From the NCBI GenBank assembly GCA_963675745.2, contig CAXXWX010000005.1, forward strand, positions 64,001 through 128,000: a DNA stretch of 64,000 nucleotides, in the 5' to 3' direction. The DNA is from Phycisphaerae bacterium. Lineage in GTDB: Bacteria; Planctomycetota; Phycisphaerae; UBA1845; Fen-1342. The translations under genes were made by a program, and so were the position numbers. Shown one piece after another: positions 10,286 through 21,624 of the stretch; the first letter of the stretch is position 1, and each line of letters starts with the position of its first letter. Under the pieces are notes generated by a model that saw only the letters and a program-made list of their open reading frames with translations, searched no databases and had not been told where the DNA came from.

Positions 10286-10356
10286 TTGTTACGAGCGCGT
10301 GCGCTCATGCCGAAACCACGTCCAACGCCGGAACGGCGCGCAATCACGCGGCGACT

Positions 10357-12759
10357 CTACGGCCCCGTGAAATATGCCTGTAGCAGCGAGACATCGGCCA
10401 GGTCGACATCCAGGTCACCGTCGCCATCCTCGCCCGCGCAAATGTGACCCGGCGCGTAAGTCGTGCCCGGCCCCTTGAAGCAGAATACGAAGATGTAGAA
10501 ATCGTCAATATCCACGTCCCCATCATCGTCGTAATCGAAATCGACGCACAACACATCAAAGTTCTCGGCGTGTGCCCCGTGGATGTTGTCGTCGTTGGCG
10601 AAGTATTCGTGGTGACCGATGCCGAACCGCCCGGATGCGTGGGTTGTGTCAACAACGTCGGCGATCACCGCGCCATCGACGAGATAACGAATCGCCGTGC
10701 CGCTGCACTCGATGCGGAATGTCCGCCACGCCGTGCTCGGCTCATAGAGCGGGCCGGCCTCAAGAAAGTCGGTGAACGCGCCCGCGACAACAACGCCGGC
10801 ACGGACCCGGCCGGTGTCGGTGTCAAAGGTCAGTGCGTAGCAATTGCCGCCGCCCAGCTCGCTGGAGTCAAAGTTGGCGTTACCGTCATCGCGTGTGAAA
10901 ACGCCCACGCGCTCAAACCCATCACCAGCCACCTCGGGCCGATACTCGCAGTAGATTGATGCCTCCACCGTACAATCCGCATCGCCGCAGAGGCCGACGG
11001 AGGCTGTCTCATACTCGCCCACCGGGTTCACAAGCTCCATGACGTAGCCGTCACCCTCCGGCGCCGGCGGCGCGTGCGCGACGACCGGGTTGGAGCTGAA
11101 CTTGTCATCCCAGGCCAGCGCGCGGCCGGCCGCGCTGAATGGGTCGCTCAGCGGCGAAGTCGTCTCGGTCTCGCGCTCGACCAGCAACAGCGCATTGGGC
11201 ACACCACGCTCATAGCCGGTGCAGGGCGGGTCGGCGCCGTCCGAGGGGCAATTCACCACGCCTCCGTTGATAACCATCGTGGTCGATCCGCCGCCGTCGA
11301 AATTGACTGCGTGCTCAACCTGCAAGCAGTCCACCAAAAAGTCGGCCATCTCCTCGTATGTCATCCCGACGCTATAGCCGTCCTGGCGACCGTCGCACGT
11401 TACAAACCAATGGCGCTTGCCGCTCCACGCCAACACGGTGCGCGGATGTCTGACCGGCGCGTGCCCGTAGTTCCAGCCGTCGGGGTACGGCGCCCCATCC
11501 TTTACCAGCCAGCCCGACGCGCCGCCGCAGATCACGCTGGCGTTGTTCAGATCGAGTGGTTCCAGCGCGACATGCGCGCTGACGGAATCTCCCACAAAAG
11601 CGTGGGCGAGGAGGTCCGCCTCGGCCCCCGGACAGGCGGCCAGCACAAACCCGTCGGCCGGAATCAGGTTGTTCACCGAAGCCGGCCCCGTGCGTACATC
11701 AGTGATCACGCCGCTGACCCACTTGTTCGGCCGCCAGGGATAAGAGACTTCCTCGACGATAACCTCCACGCCTTCAGCCGTTGAGCCGGTGCGCGCTCCC
11801 CAGATGGGCGTGTAGATGGCCAGCGCGTTCGTCGTACACGAGTAGTTGAACACGTCAACGCTCCGCTCCGTGCTGTCGGCGAAACGCACGGTCGGATCGG
11901 CGCTCGGCGTGTTTGTGGCGACAAACGCCGCGCCCGACTCCTGGAGCACATAGGCCTCTTTGGGCCAGGTCAGCGTGGGATAGCCCACCACACTGCCGTC
12001 CGCTCCCTGCATGCCGTGTATGAAGATGTCGGCGTCGAAGTGGGAAGCGTTGATGGCGGCGATCACGTCATGCGGGCTCATTTCATAGCGCGCCGCGATC
12101 TGGCTGGTAGCCTCCTTGCTGGTGTAGTTACGCTTGTGTTGTGCAAAACCCATCTCGATCGTGTACTGCCGGTTCTCCAGGTCAAAATCGAGCACATGAA
12201 GCACCTGGGGTGCCGGTAGAGTCCACACCGAGTGCCATACGCCGGGCGCGACCTCGGTTGGCGTCGGCGGCACTACCGGGCAACCGCCATCATCGCCAAA
12301 ACGCACGGCGTCGGCGATCGTCGCAGTTCCACCCGTACTTCCACCAGCATCCAGCGTGATCAAGCTGTCGCCGGCGTTGAAGGTGTACGTGCCGAGCGAT
12401 TCCCATCCATAGCCCCCCACGCTCTGATCGAGATACACCGTGTACGTCTGGTCCGCGGCGAAGATGTCATACTTCGTCGACGTGGTGCGGTTTGTGCCGG
12501 GGACGTACCAGACGAACACCTCGTAGGCCCCCGCGTCGGGCAGATTACCCGTCCACGTAGCCGTCTCGGAGCCGCCGGGCGTGGTCCACCGATAGGTTCC
12601 ACCGTCGTAGCCTGTCGAGCCGCTGGTGGACCAGGTGCCGGTCTCGACATACGCCGGCGACCCGGCGTCATTATCCACTATGACCGCGCCGAGCACGCTG
12701 CTTGCCGACAGAAACGCCCCCAGGACAGATACGCGGAAGGCTCTCCCGCAGACGGACAT
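10357..12759 (-). CDS. Exported multidomain phosphodiester glycosidase (NAGPA/DUF2233 family)
   Basis: Signal peptide; golvesin/CBM-like N-domain (IVDN...GTW...YEVFVW...ADAVRF); AINAS, HPRT, DGRQ and NFDGGGST motifs; lectin-like domain; DYDDDGDVD/DGDGDLDVD dockerin/EF-hand-like tail. Confidence 0.8.
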   Translation of the reverse strand: MSVCGRAFRVSVLGAFLSASSVLGAVIVDNDAGSPAYVETGTWSTSGSTGYDGGTYRWTTPGGSETATWTGNLPDAGAYEVFVWYVPGTNRTTSTKYDIFAADQTYTVYLDQSVGGYGWESLGTYTFNAGDSLITLDAGGSTGGTATIADAVRFGDDGGCPVVPPTPTEVAPGVWHSVWTLPAPQVLHVLDFDLENRQYTIEMGFAQHKRNYTSKEATSQIAARYEMSPHDVIAAINASHFDADIFIHGMQGADGSVVGYPTLTWPKEAYVLQESGAAFVATNTPSADPTVRFADSTERSVDVFNYSCTTNALAIYTPIWGARTGSTAEGVEVIVEEVSYPWRPNKWVSGVITDVRTGPASVNNLIPADGFVLAACPGAEADLLAHAFVGDSVSAHVALEPLDLNNASVICGGASGWLVKDGAPYPDGWNYGHAPVRHPRTVLAWSGKRHWFVTCDGRQDGYSVGMTYEEMADFLVDCLQVEHAVNFDGGGSTTMVINGGVVNCPSDGADPPCTGYERGVPNALLLVERETETTSPLSDPFSAAGRALAWDDKFSSNPVVAHAPPAPEGDGYVMELVNPVGEYETASVGLCGDADCTVEASIYCEYRPEVAGDGFERVGVFTRDDGNANFDSSELGGGNCYALTFDTDTGRVRAGVVVAGAFTDFLEAGPLYEPSTAWRTFRIECSGTAIRYLVDGAVIADVVDTTHASGRFGIGHHEYFANDDNIHGAHAENFDVLCVDFDYDDDGDVDIDDFYIFVFCFKGPGTTYAPGHICAGEDGDGDLDVDLADVSLLQAYFTGP

Positions 12760-12927
12760 GTCCGTTACCCCTTGACCCCGACTATCCAACGAAACGCGAT
12801 AGCATCAGTGAGACGCAGCCGAGTGACCCGCTGCGCGCCATCTACAGCATAGCGATTCAGCACGGCCGATTGCAATGGCTAACGGTGAAGCGGCTCAGTG
12901 GTGTGTGCGAGACCAAAGCAGGCCCCG

Positions 12928-13878
12928 CTACACCGGCTCTGGGGTGGCATCGACACGCAGCATCGAGTTCAACCAGCGCTTGAGGGCATTATCGTCGCCG
13001 GCCAGGGCTTTGAAGCGGTCGATTGAGCTTTGAATTGACGAGCGGCCGATCTTGGCCGCGCCGGAGTCACGTTCGGCGCGCGAAAGTGTCATCGCCCCCC
13101 AGGCTATTGGCAGTCCGCAGAAGTAACGCAGCTCACGCGCGTGCGATGGCAGCGCCAGTACAAACTCGATGCCGCGTTGCAGGCTGGTACGCGCTTCGGT
13201 CAACGCCAACCGGTATATCTCGCTGGGCGAGAGCGTGCCGTCGCTGGTCGTTGGCAGATAGCGGCGACCGTGCTTGGCGTCGGTCAGCGCGTCTTTCAGC
13301 ACGTTCACCAGTTGCAGGCCGATCCCCAGCTCAATCGACAGCTCGCGCAGTTGCAGCAACCCGGGCATCTTCAGATAGCGGGCCATCAGCTTGTTGAGCA
13401 TTACGCCCACCACGCCGGCCACGTAATAGCAGTACTCGCGCATCTCGTCCGCATCGCGGATCGCCGGGTATGGGCGCCCACGCTGGCCGGCCCGGGCCAT
13501 GATCTTCCGCACCCCGCCCATCATCTCGCGCGCGCAATCGTAGACCGCTTCGCGATCAGGCGATTCAAGCCCGCGCAGACGCTCGAGCACCTCCGCCATA
13601 TCACCCATCAGCACGGCTTCGGCGTCGGTATCGCCGATCGGCTCGCACAGCACGTCCGGCGTTGGCGCCTGTGGATCAGCCAGCACTCGCTCCAGCTCCG
13701 CAAACCGGGCAAGTCTCTGCTCGTCGTCCAGGGCCGCACAGTCTTCGAGCGTATCCACAACACGCATCAGCAGATACGCCAGCCCGACCGTGTCCGCCAG
13801 GCCCCGCGGCAGCATCGGTACGAGAATAGCATAGGTGCGCGACACACCTTGCAGGTGGCGCGCAACAAAAGCATCCAT
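12928..13878 (-). CDS. Squalene/phytoene synthase family protein, single-enzyme SQS type
   Basis: VSRTYA, YLLMRVVDTLED, YCYYVAGVVG and GIGLQLVNVLKD motifs. Confidence 0.88.
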   Translation of the reverse strand: MDAFVARHLQGVSRTYAILVPMLPRGLADTVGLAYLLMRVVDTLEDCAALDDEQRLARFAELERVLADPQAPTPDVLCEPIGDTDAEAVLMGDMAEVLERLRGLESPDREAVYDCAREMMGGVRKIMARAGQRGRPYPAIRDADEMREYCYYVAGVVGVMLNKLMARYLKMPGLLQLRELSIELGIGLQLVNVLKDALTDAKHGRRYLPTTSDGTLSPSEIYRLALTEARTSLQRGIEFVLALPSHARELRYFCGLPIAWGAMTLSRAERDSGAAKIGRSSIQSSIDRFKALAGDDNALKRWLNSMLRVDATPEPV

Positions 13879-13911
13879 ACTGTCAGGTCTCCGGTACGCG
13901 AAACACTCGGA

Positions 13912-15852
13912 TCAAGGCCGCTTGACGGTCCCTGGTCCCTCATGGGCGGTGGAGTGTACCGTGTTTCCGGCGTGCTGACGAGAGGTGCGGATGGCCCGAC
14001 GGGCTGTTTCGGCGATGCCCGCGGCGTCAATGCCCGCCTCTGAGAGCTGGCCCGCTCGCGAACCATGCTTGTAGAACTTGTCCGGGGCCAGGCCCAGGCG
14101 CACGATCGACTCGGATGGTAAACCGAGTTTGTTGGCCGTTTCGAGCACCGCGCTGCCGAACCCGCCCGTTACCGCATGGTCTTCAACCGTGATGACCGGG
14201 CCGCCGCGCGTGATCGCCGTCGTGAGCATGTCTTCGTCGATCGGCTTGGCAAAGCGGGCGTTGACGACGGTCATATAGATGTCTTCGCCAGCCAAAGTCC
14301 GCGCCGCTTCGAGCGCGAAGGGCACCTCGCCTCCATACGCGATAATCGTGCCGTCCGGTCCTTCGCGCATGACGCGCGATTCGCCCAGCGCCACCGCCGG
14401 CGCCTCAACGGATGCGTCCGGCACGGTATCGCGCGGATAGCGGATGACGCTGGGACGATCCAACGTGACAGCCAGTCGCAGCATCGCGCCGAGCTCGGGC
14501 TCATCGGCGGGCGCCATCAGGACGATGTTCTGGAAATTGCGCAAGTACGCGATGTCGAGATAGCCGTGATGGACAGCGCCGTCGCCTCCCACCAATCCCG
14601 CCCGGTCCACACAGAAGACCACGGGGAGGTTTTGCAGGACCACCTCCTGGAAGACCTGGTCGAACGCCCGTTGTAGAAACGTCGAATAAATGCAGACCAG
14701 CGGTCTGAGACCGGCTTTGGCCATGCCGGCGGCGACGTCCACCGTACAGCTTTCGGCGATGCCGCAATCGAGGCAACGCTCGGGCAACACCTGCCGGATC
14801 TTCGCGATTCCCGTGCCGTCCGGCATCGCCGCGGTCAGCAAGTGGACCCGCTCGTCCTCTTTGGCGACGTCGATGGCGGCGTCGGCGAACGCCGTCGTCC
14901 AGCTCTTGCGCTCGCTCTTGACGACACTGACGATGTCGCCCTCGATACGCAGTTTGCCCGGACTGTGAAACGCGCACGGGTCTTTCGACGCCCAGTCACA
15001 TCCGCGGCCCTTTTCCGTGTGGACGTGCAGGATCACTGGCGTCTCGACATTGCGCAGCAGTGTCAGCATGTCGATCAGCGCGCCGAGATCGTGCCCGTCC
15101 ACCGGCCCCACGTACAACAGACCGAGCTGCTCGAATATCTGGTGCGGCGAGACCGTGGCCTTGAGACCTTCCTTGAGGTGTTCGAGCACCTCGGTCATGC
15201 TCGAACCAACCAGCGGCACCCGGCTCAGCGCCGACCGCACGCGCCGCTTGACGTCGTCGTAGAGTGTGCTCGTGCGGGCGCGCGCCAGATACGAAGCCAG
15301 CCCCCCCTGCGTCTTGGCAATGCCCATCGAATTGTCGTTGAGGACAACCAGAAACTGGCGTTTGAGCACGCCGGCCTGATTCAGTCCTTCAAAAGCCACG
15401 CCGTTGACGATACTCGCATCCCCGACCAGGGCGACCGTGCGGCGGGTGTTGCCGAGAACCTTATCGCCGCGCGCCAAACCCACGGCGGTGGCGATCGCCG
15501 TACCGGCATGGCCGACGTCGAACTGGTCATGTTCGCTCTCGGCAATACTGGGAAATCCGCTGACGCCGTCGCGCTGCCGCAGCGTGTCGAACGCGGCGTT
15601 GCGTCCGGTGATTAGCTTATGGACATAGCACTGGTGGCCGACATCCCAAAGCAATCTGTCACGGTGCAGGTCGAACACGCGGTGCAGTGCCAGCGTGAGC
15701 TCGACGACGCCGAGATTGCTGGCCAGGTGTCCGCCGTTGGTGCTGACCACATCTATGATGCGCTGTCGGATCTCGCCGGCCAGCGTCTGTAGTTGCGCAA
15801 GCGTAAGCGGCTTCAGATCGGCCGGTGATCGAATCGATTCCAGTATCGTCAT
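13912..15852 (-). CDS. dxs: 1-deoxy-D-xylulose-5-phosphate synthase
   Basis: GGHLASNLGVVEL, WDVGHQCY, GDASI, GPVDGH, IYSTFLQRA, DRAG and IRYPR motifs. Confidence 0.98.
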   Translation of the reverse strand: MTILESIRSPADLKPLTLAQLQTLAGEIRQRIIDVVSTNGGHLASNLGVVELTLALHRVFDLHRDRLLWDVGHQCYVHKLITGRNAAFDTLRQRDGVSGFPSIAESEHDQFDVGHAGTAIATAVGLARGDKVLGNTRRTVALVGDASIVNGVAFEGLNQAGVLKRQFLVVLNDNSMGIAKTQGGLASYLARARTSTLYDDVKRRVRSALSRVPLVGSSMTEVLEHLKEGLKATVSPHQIFEQLGLLYVGPVDGHDLGALIDMLTLLRNVETPVILHVHTEKGRGCDWASKDPCAFHSPGKLRIEGDIVSVVKSERKSWTTAFADAAIDVAKEDERVHLLTAAMPDGTGIAKIRQVLPERCLDCGIAESCTVDVAAGMAKAGLRPLVCIYSTFLQRAFDQVFQEVVLQNLPVVFCVDRAGLVGGDGAVHHGYLDIAYLRNFQNIVLMAPADEPELGAMLRLAVTLDRPSVIRYPRDTVPDASVEAPAVALGESRVMREGPDGTIIAYGGEVPFALEAARTLAGEDIYMTVVNARFAKPIDEDMLTTAITRGGPVITVEDHAVTGGFGSAVLETANKLGLPSESIVRLGLAPDKFYKHGSRAGQLSEAGIDAAGIAETARRAIRTSRQHAGNTVHSTAHEGPGTVKRP

Positions 15853-15969
15853 GTTTTGTTCCAACACGCCGGAGTTGCTACCGCGTTACCGGCATCTTCT
15901 CAAAATAGCGGCCTGCGCCGTCTGCCACGGCACTCAAGCAGTGCTATTCCCAGACCCCGCTTAAGCCAA

Positions 15970-16890
15970 TCAGCGGTCGCGCGACAGCACGAACCGCGCC
16001 AGCCCCCGGAGATTTCCGGCCTTGTCACCGAATATGCGCAGCGCGGCAATCGCGTCGTCGGTCTCCCGCCTTGCCTGTTTGCGGCTCTCCTCGTCGCCGA
16101 AAACCGCCGGATAGGTCTGCTTGCACACGTCGGCGTCTTTCTGCGTTCGCTTGCCGAGCACCGCGGTTGATCCGGTACAGTCCAATAGATCATCGACAAT
16201 CTGGAACGCCAGGCCGAGATGCCGGCCGTACTCCCCCAGCGCCTCGACGGTATCATCCCCGGCGCGCGCACAGATTGCGCCCAGGCGGCAACATGTCTCG
16301 ATGAGCCGCGCGGTCTTGTGCATGTGAATGAAGTTGACCAGACCGGCGTTCGGCGGCCGGCCTTCGCCCTCGATGTCGGCCCCCTGTCCTTCGACCATTC
16401 CCAGGCTGCCACGTCCGAGCGTGCGTACCAGCGCCGCCGCGATAGCCGGTTCGACCGCGGGATCGGCGAGCAGCTCGAATGCGTGCGCGACGAGCCAGTC
16501 GCCGGCCAGAATTGCCAGCGCCTCGCCAAAGACCTTGTGACTTGTGGGGTTGCCACGTCGCAGATCATCGTCGTCCATCGCCGGCAGATCGTCATGAATC
16601 AGTGAGAACGTATGAATACACTCGACGGCCAGCGCCGCCACCGACGCATCAGTAACCGAGCCGCCGCACACCGCGCAGCTTTCTCGGACGAGGATGGGCC
16701 GCAGCCGCTTTCCGCCCTGGTTCATCGAATAGGCCACCGCCTCAAAAAGCCGGCTGTGACCCGCATCGTGCTCGCGCAGATCGCTGACGTGCCGCTCAAT
16801 CATACGGTCGACGGCGGCGCGTTGTTCGATCGCCCACGCTTTCCACTTGTCGAGATTTACCTCATGTGCTTCGGGGAGAGTCGCGCTCAC
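15970..16890 (-). CDS. ispA: Farnesyl/geranylgeranyl diphosphate synthase
   Basis: GGKRLRP, SLIHDDLPAMDDDDLRRG and FQIVDD motifs; GTG start at 16890 chosen for its GGAGAAGG RBS. Confidence 0.93.
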   Translation of the reverse strand: MSATLPEAHEVNLDKWKAWAIEQRAAVDRMIERHVSDLREHDAGHSRLFEAVAYSMNQGGKRLRPILVRESCAVCGGSVTDASVAALAVECIHTFSLIHDDLPAMDDDDLRRGNPTSHKVFGEALAILAGDWLVAHAFELLADPAVEPAIAAALVRTLGRGSLGMVEGQGADIEGEGRPPNAGLVNFIHMHKTARLIETCCRLGAICARAGDDTVEALGEYGRHLGLAFQIVDDLLDCTGSTAVLGKRTQKDADVCKQTYPAVFGDEESRKQARRETDDAIAALRIFGDKAGNLRGLARFVLSRDR

Positions 16891-17050
16891 TGCCTTCTCC
16901 ACTCGCCGGGCGCTTTGGAAACTTGTCTGGACACCGCCGAATCCGTCAGGATAAAGTGTTCCCGGCGGCCATGCCAGCGGATTCTCGGACGAGCGCGCGG
17001 CGCCGGCCGCCGGTTGAACTGAGATATCGGCCCAGACCGGCACTTGAGCC

Positions 17051-17634
<584 letters not shown>

Positions 17635-17635
<1 letters not shown>

Positions 17636-18816
17636 TGAACGCTCACGAACGTCGTGGTCGAATTGTCGCGTTGCTCGCAATGCTGGCGCTGACGCCACCG
17701 GCCTTGGCCAACGCCGGCACGCCGCTGATGTGGCTGACGATGGGCCACCTGCTGATCGGTAACGCGCTCATCGGCGTGGGCGAAGCGGTCTTGATTGCCC
17801 GTCTGTTCAAAGCGCGCCTCTGTCTCGCGGTTCCCGTACTAATCGTGGCAAACTACGTATCAATGATCGCCGGTGCCGCGCTTGTTGGCCATTACGGAGG
17901 CGACATCGGGGGAATCGCCCGGCTGATTGTCGGCGAGGAGTCGCTCAGCAACGCCATTCGCTTCAACCTGCTGGCGTTGTTGTCATTGGCCTTTGTGACA
18001 ACACTTGTCGAGTGGCCGTTCGTATTCGCCGTGTTGCCCGCCAGGAACCGCGTCGCACGCTCGATCGTCGCCACGCTGGCCGCCCAAGCCGCGTCATACC
18101 TGGTGCTCACCTTGCTGTACTTCCGGGTCAGCAACATGTCCGTCGTCACGCAAACGGTCAACACTGATCCGGCCGACTTCGCGCGCACGACCAACGCTTG
18201 GGTTTACTACCTCCCCCTAGACCGTAGCGGTCTGTGGCGCGTGCGGCCCGACGGCGCTGACAACGCGCGCGTGCGCGAGATCGGTGCGCCCGACGAGTGG
18301 GCGCGGCTGTACTGGCTGCGATCGACTGACGGAGCGGGCTGGGATTTGTGGATCACAACTCCCGCGGATCGCCCCACGTATGTGCCGAGCGGTCCGCAAC
18401 GCCCGAAACAGCCGTTGCTCACGGGGCTGGCCGGCCGAGCCGCCATGCATCGGCGCGATGAGACGCCGGGGGGGACTCGCACCAACAATTGGACTTCCTG
18501 GGGCAAGGCGCCCGATCTCCGGCTGGCGGGCGCGGACGAACTGAGCGTCCGGGCCGGTTTCTGGCCTGCCGAGGGACTGGTTGTCGGGAAGGGAGACCTC
18601 TACACTGGGCGCTGCTTCGCCATGGAGACACCAGTCACAAATTGGGTTACGCGAAGTCCCACGCTGCTCCCACACGACCAGGTGGTCTACCAGCTCGGCG
18701 ACCAGATTGTGCTGCTCGATCTTAACACGCGCCAAATCGGCCTGATCACACGCGGCACCAGCCCGGTTGTCATCATCGAAGAAGCCCCGCCAACCAGCGC
18801 GCCGTCGGCCCCTTAG
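17635..18816 (+). CDS. Hypothetical membrane protein (N-terminal TM bundle plus soluble beta-rich C-domain)
   Basis: Stop/start overlap (TAATG) with aat; several hydrophobic helices in the first ~165 aa. Confidence 0.65.
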
Positions 18817-18843
18817 TCTCGCCGGCCCACAAACCGGGTGTGG

Positions 18844-19218
18844 CTATCCGAGGAACAGGCGGCGTAAACGGCTGCCGATGTTGCTGCCGGAGAGGCGCGA
18901 CAGCTCGCCGGCGTCGAGCCAGTTGCCGTAGCACACCGTGCAGCTATCGAGAATCGTGCCGGGACTGAGCCGGCTGTTGAGCTTGATGAGCGTCGCGCCC
19001 TCGCAACGCGGGCACTTGAGCTGCGCGCCACTCGTGCCGGAGTCCGCTTTGGCGAACACGCGATCCTCGCCGAGCAACGACTTGGGGTGGGCCTCGAGCA
19101 ATCGTTCGAGCTCGAGCGCGTCAAGCCAGATTCCGTTGCATTGCGGACATCTGTCGATCTCGACGCCTTCGATTGTCTCGGACACCAATTCCTGGCCAGT
19201 GCATTTCGGGCAGTGCAT
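18844..19218 (-). CDS. Tandem zf-TFIIB zinc-ribbon protein
   Basis: MHCPKC...IDRCPQCNGIWLDALEL and CPRC...LDSCTVCYGNWLDAGEL. Confidence 0.88.
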   Translation of the reverse strand: MHCPKCTGQELVSETIEGVEIDRCPQCNGIWLDALELERLLEAHPKSLLGEDRVFAKADSGTSGAQLKCPRCEGATLIKLNSRLSPGTILDSCTVCYGNWLDAGELSRLSGSNIGSRLRRLFLG

Positions 19219-19318
19219 GATCGCTCCTTGTTCCGCGGTCGACCACTCACCACGCATCATACCAACCACACGTACCTCCGTCGTGCGGTCAAGCGCATCG
19301 ACCTGCCCAACAGCGCGT

Positions 19319-19350
19319 TTCTGACTTCCAACTTCTGACTTCTTACTTCC
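19319..19350. repeat. Heptamer tandem repeat (TTCNNAC x4.5)
   Basis: ttctgac ttccaac ttctgac ttcttac ttcc. Confidence 0.75.
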
Positions 19351-19405
19351 GCGCCGCGAGCGCGCCACCGGCACCAGCTTTCCCCGGGAACGCGCGAAAC
19401 ACCAC

Positions 19406-19440
19406 AAAAACCCCGCCGGCGCGCATCAGCGCCGGCGGGG
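19406..19440 (-). terminator. Intrinsic terminator of groESL
   Basis: 12-bp GC stem CCCCGCCGGCGC/GCGCCGGCGGGG followed by T5 on the minus strand, ~36 nt after the groEL stop. Confidence 0.85.
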
Positions 19441-19476
19441 CAAACGATTACATCCGGAGATTGAGACGCCCGGGGG

Positions 19477-21108
19477 CTACATCGGCGGCATGCCGCCGCC
19501 ATGACCGCCCTTCTTGTCGTCCTTCTCCTTGATTTCGCTGATCACCGCGTCAGTGGTCAGCAGCAGGCTGGCGACGCTGGCGGCGTTCTCGAGCGCGACG
19601 CGCTCGACTTTCAGCGGGACGATCACGCCCATCTTGATCAGATCGCCGTACTCTTCGGTCAACGCGTTGTAGCCGAAGTTCTTGTCTTTGCCTTCCTGGA
19701 CCTTCTGGCAGACGATCGAGCCATCCAGGCCGGCGTTCTCGGCGATCTGTTTGATCGGGGCGCGCAGCGCGCGTCGGATGATCTCGACGCCCGTCTTCTC
19801 GTCGCCGCGCACCTTCTTGTAGGCCGCGTCCAGGGCGGCATCGCAGCGCAACACCGCCGTGCCGCCGCCGGCCAGGATACCCTCTTCAACAGCCGCCCGG
19901 CAGGCGTGCAGAGCATCTTCGACGCGGGCCTTCTTTTCCTTCATCTCGACCTCGGTCGCGGCGCCGACGTTGATCTGGGCCACGCCGCCCGAGAGCTTCG
20001 CGAGCCGCTCCTCGAGCTTCTCGCGGTCATAATCGCTGGTGGTGTTCTCGATTTCGGTCTTGATCGACTCGATGCGACCCTTGATGTCGCCGCTCTTGCC
20101 GGCACCCTCGATGATCGTGCAGGTTTCCTTCTCGACGATCACGCGCTTGGCCCGACCCAGGTCGGCCAGCTCTGTTTTCTCCAGGGTTACGCCCAGATCC
20201 TCGAAGACCGCCCTCCCGCCGGTGAGCGTCGCGATGTCCTCGAGCATTGCCTTGCGGCGATCGCCAAAGCCGGGGGCCTTGACCGCCGCGCACTGGATGA
20301 TGCCGCGCAGGCGATTGAGCACCAGCGTCGCGAGGGCCTCTCCCTCGATATCCTCGGCGACTACCAGCAGCGGCTTGCCGGCCTTGGCCACCTTTTCGAG
20401 CAGCGGCAGGAAGTCCTTGATGTTGGTGATCTTCTTCTCATGAATCAGCACGTACGCGTCATCCAGCACGCATTCCATGGATTCGGGCTTGTTGATGAAG
20501 TGCGGCGAGATGTAGCCCTTGTCGAACTGCATACCTTCGACCAGGTCGACCGTGGTTTCGAGGCTCTTACCCTCCTCGACCGTGATCACGCCATCCTTGC
20601 CGACCTTCTCCATCGCCTCGGCGATGATGTCGCCGATGCCCTTATCCTGGTTGGCGGCGCACATGCCTACCTGGGCGATCTGGACCTTGCCCTTGACCGG
20701 CGTGGCCATGTTGGTGAGCTCGGCGATCACCGCCGCCACACCCGCGTCGATGCCGCGCTTCAGCGACATGGCGCCGGCGCCGGCGGCGAGGTTCTTGAGA
20801 CCCTCGTCGAAGATGGCCTCGGCGTAGATGGTCGCGGTGGTCGTGCCGTCACCAGCGACGGTTGACGTCTTGCTGGCAACTTCCTTGACCATCTGAGCGC
20901 CCATATTCTCATTGGCCTCTTCCAACTCGATTTCCTTGGCGACGGTTACGCCGTCCTTCGTCACCGTCGGCGCGCCGAACGATTTCTCCAGTACGACGTT
21001 CCGGCCGCGCGGGCCGAGCGTGACCTTGACGGCCTTGGCCAGGGTTCGCACTCCACGGCGGATGCCCTCGCGGGCTTCCATGTCATAAGCGATTTGTTTC
21101 GCTGGCAT
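19477..21108 (-). CDS. groL: Chaperonin GroEL
   Basis: [29 protein letters not shown] and GMQFDKGY motifs; Gly/Met tail. Confidence 0.99.
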   Translation of the reverse strand: MPAKQIAYDMEAREGIRRGVRTLAKAVKVTLGPRGRNVVLEKSFGAPTVTKDGVTVAKEIELEEANENMGAQMVKEVASKTSTVAGDGTTTATIYAEAIFDEGLKNLAAGAGAMSLKRGIDAGVAAVIAELTNMATPVKGKVQIAQVGMCAANQDKGIGDIIAEAMEKVGKDGVITVEEGKSLETTVDLVEGMQFDKGYISPHFINKPESMECVLDDAYVLIHEKKITNIKDFLPLLEKVAKAGKPLLVVAEDIEGEALATLVLNRLRGIIQCAAVKAPGFGDRRKAMLEDIATLTGGRAVFEDLGVTLEKTELADLGRAKRVIVEKETCTIIEGAGKSGDIKGRIESIKTEIENTTSDYDREKLEERLAKLSGGVAQINVGAATEVEMKEKKARVEDALHACRAAVEEGILAGGGTAVLRCDAALDAAYKKVRGDEKTGVEIIRRALRAPIKQIAENAGLDGSIVCQKVQEGKDKNFGYNALTEEYGDLIKMGVIVPLKVERVALENAASVASLLLTTDAVISEIKEKDDKKGGHGGGMPPM

Positions 21109-21213
21109 CTACTTCTCCCTGCTGCGATGTGTCGCATCTGTGGTGTCAGGCCGGTGGGCCTGTCGAGGTTTTGCTGGTTTCTCTGGTGAGCTGATCGAAT
21201 CGTGACGTCGAGA

Positions 21214-21510
21214 CTAATCGAGGATGGCGAGAATATCGCTCTCATCCATGATGATCATCTCTTCGCCTTCAACCTTGACTTCGGTGCCCCCATAGCTGGT
21301 GAACAGCACTTGATCGCCGGCCTTGACCTGCAAGCTCTGGCGCTCCCCACTGTCAAGCAGCCGACCATCGCCGATGCTCAGTACGGTGCCGCGCTTCGGC
21401 TTTTCCTTGGCGGTCTCCGGCAGCACAATCCCGCCGGCGGTAACGTCTTCGGCGTCCATCCGCTTGACCAGAACCTTGTCGCCCAGAGGACGAATCCCAA
21501 CTCGCGCCAT
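21214..21510 (-). CDS. groS: Co-chaperonin GroES
   Basis: IRPLGDKVLV...TAGGIVLPETAKEKP...ESDILA; AAGGAG RBS. Confidence 0.99.
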   Translation of the reverse strand: MARVGIRPLGDKVLVKRMDAEDVTAGGIVLPETAKEKPKRGTVLSIGDGRLLDSGERQSLQVKAGDQVLFTSYGGTEVKVEGEEMIIMDESDILAILD

Positions 21511-21609
21511 GCTTTGCTCCTTCGTTCGCGTCGTCGCGTTGTCAATCCTGCCATTAGCTCACCCAACGGGCTCTCCCTGAGCCTGTAAAGGTGCGTGGAG
21601 GTTATAATG

Positions 21610-21624
21610 GCAAGCAGCGTGCCA
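21610..21624 (-). promoter_or_regulatory. Sigma54 (RpoN) -24/-12 promoter for groES-groEL
   Basis: Minus strand TGGCACG-CTGC-TTGC, an exact match to TGGCACG-N4-TTGC, ~100 nt upstream of groES. Confidence 0.75.

Noticed and set aside
19501..20865. Long antisense ORFs opposite groEL, glgP, malQ, rne, the WD40 genes and the ECF gene
   Set aside because: Shadow ORFs expected from high-GC codon bias; no motifs, and they overlap confident genes.
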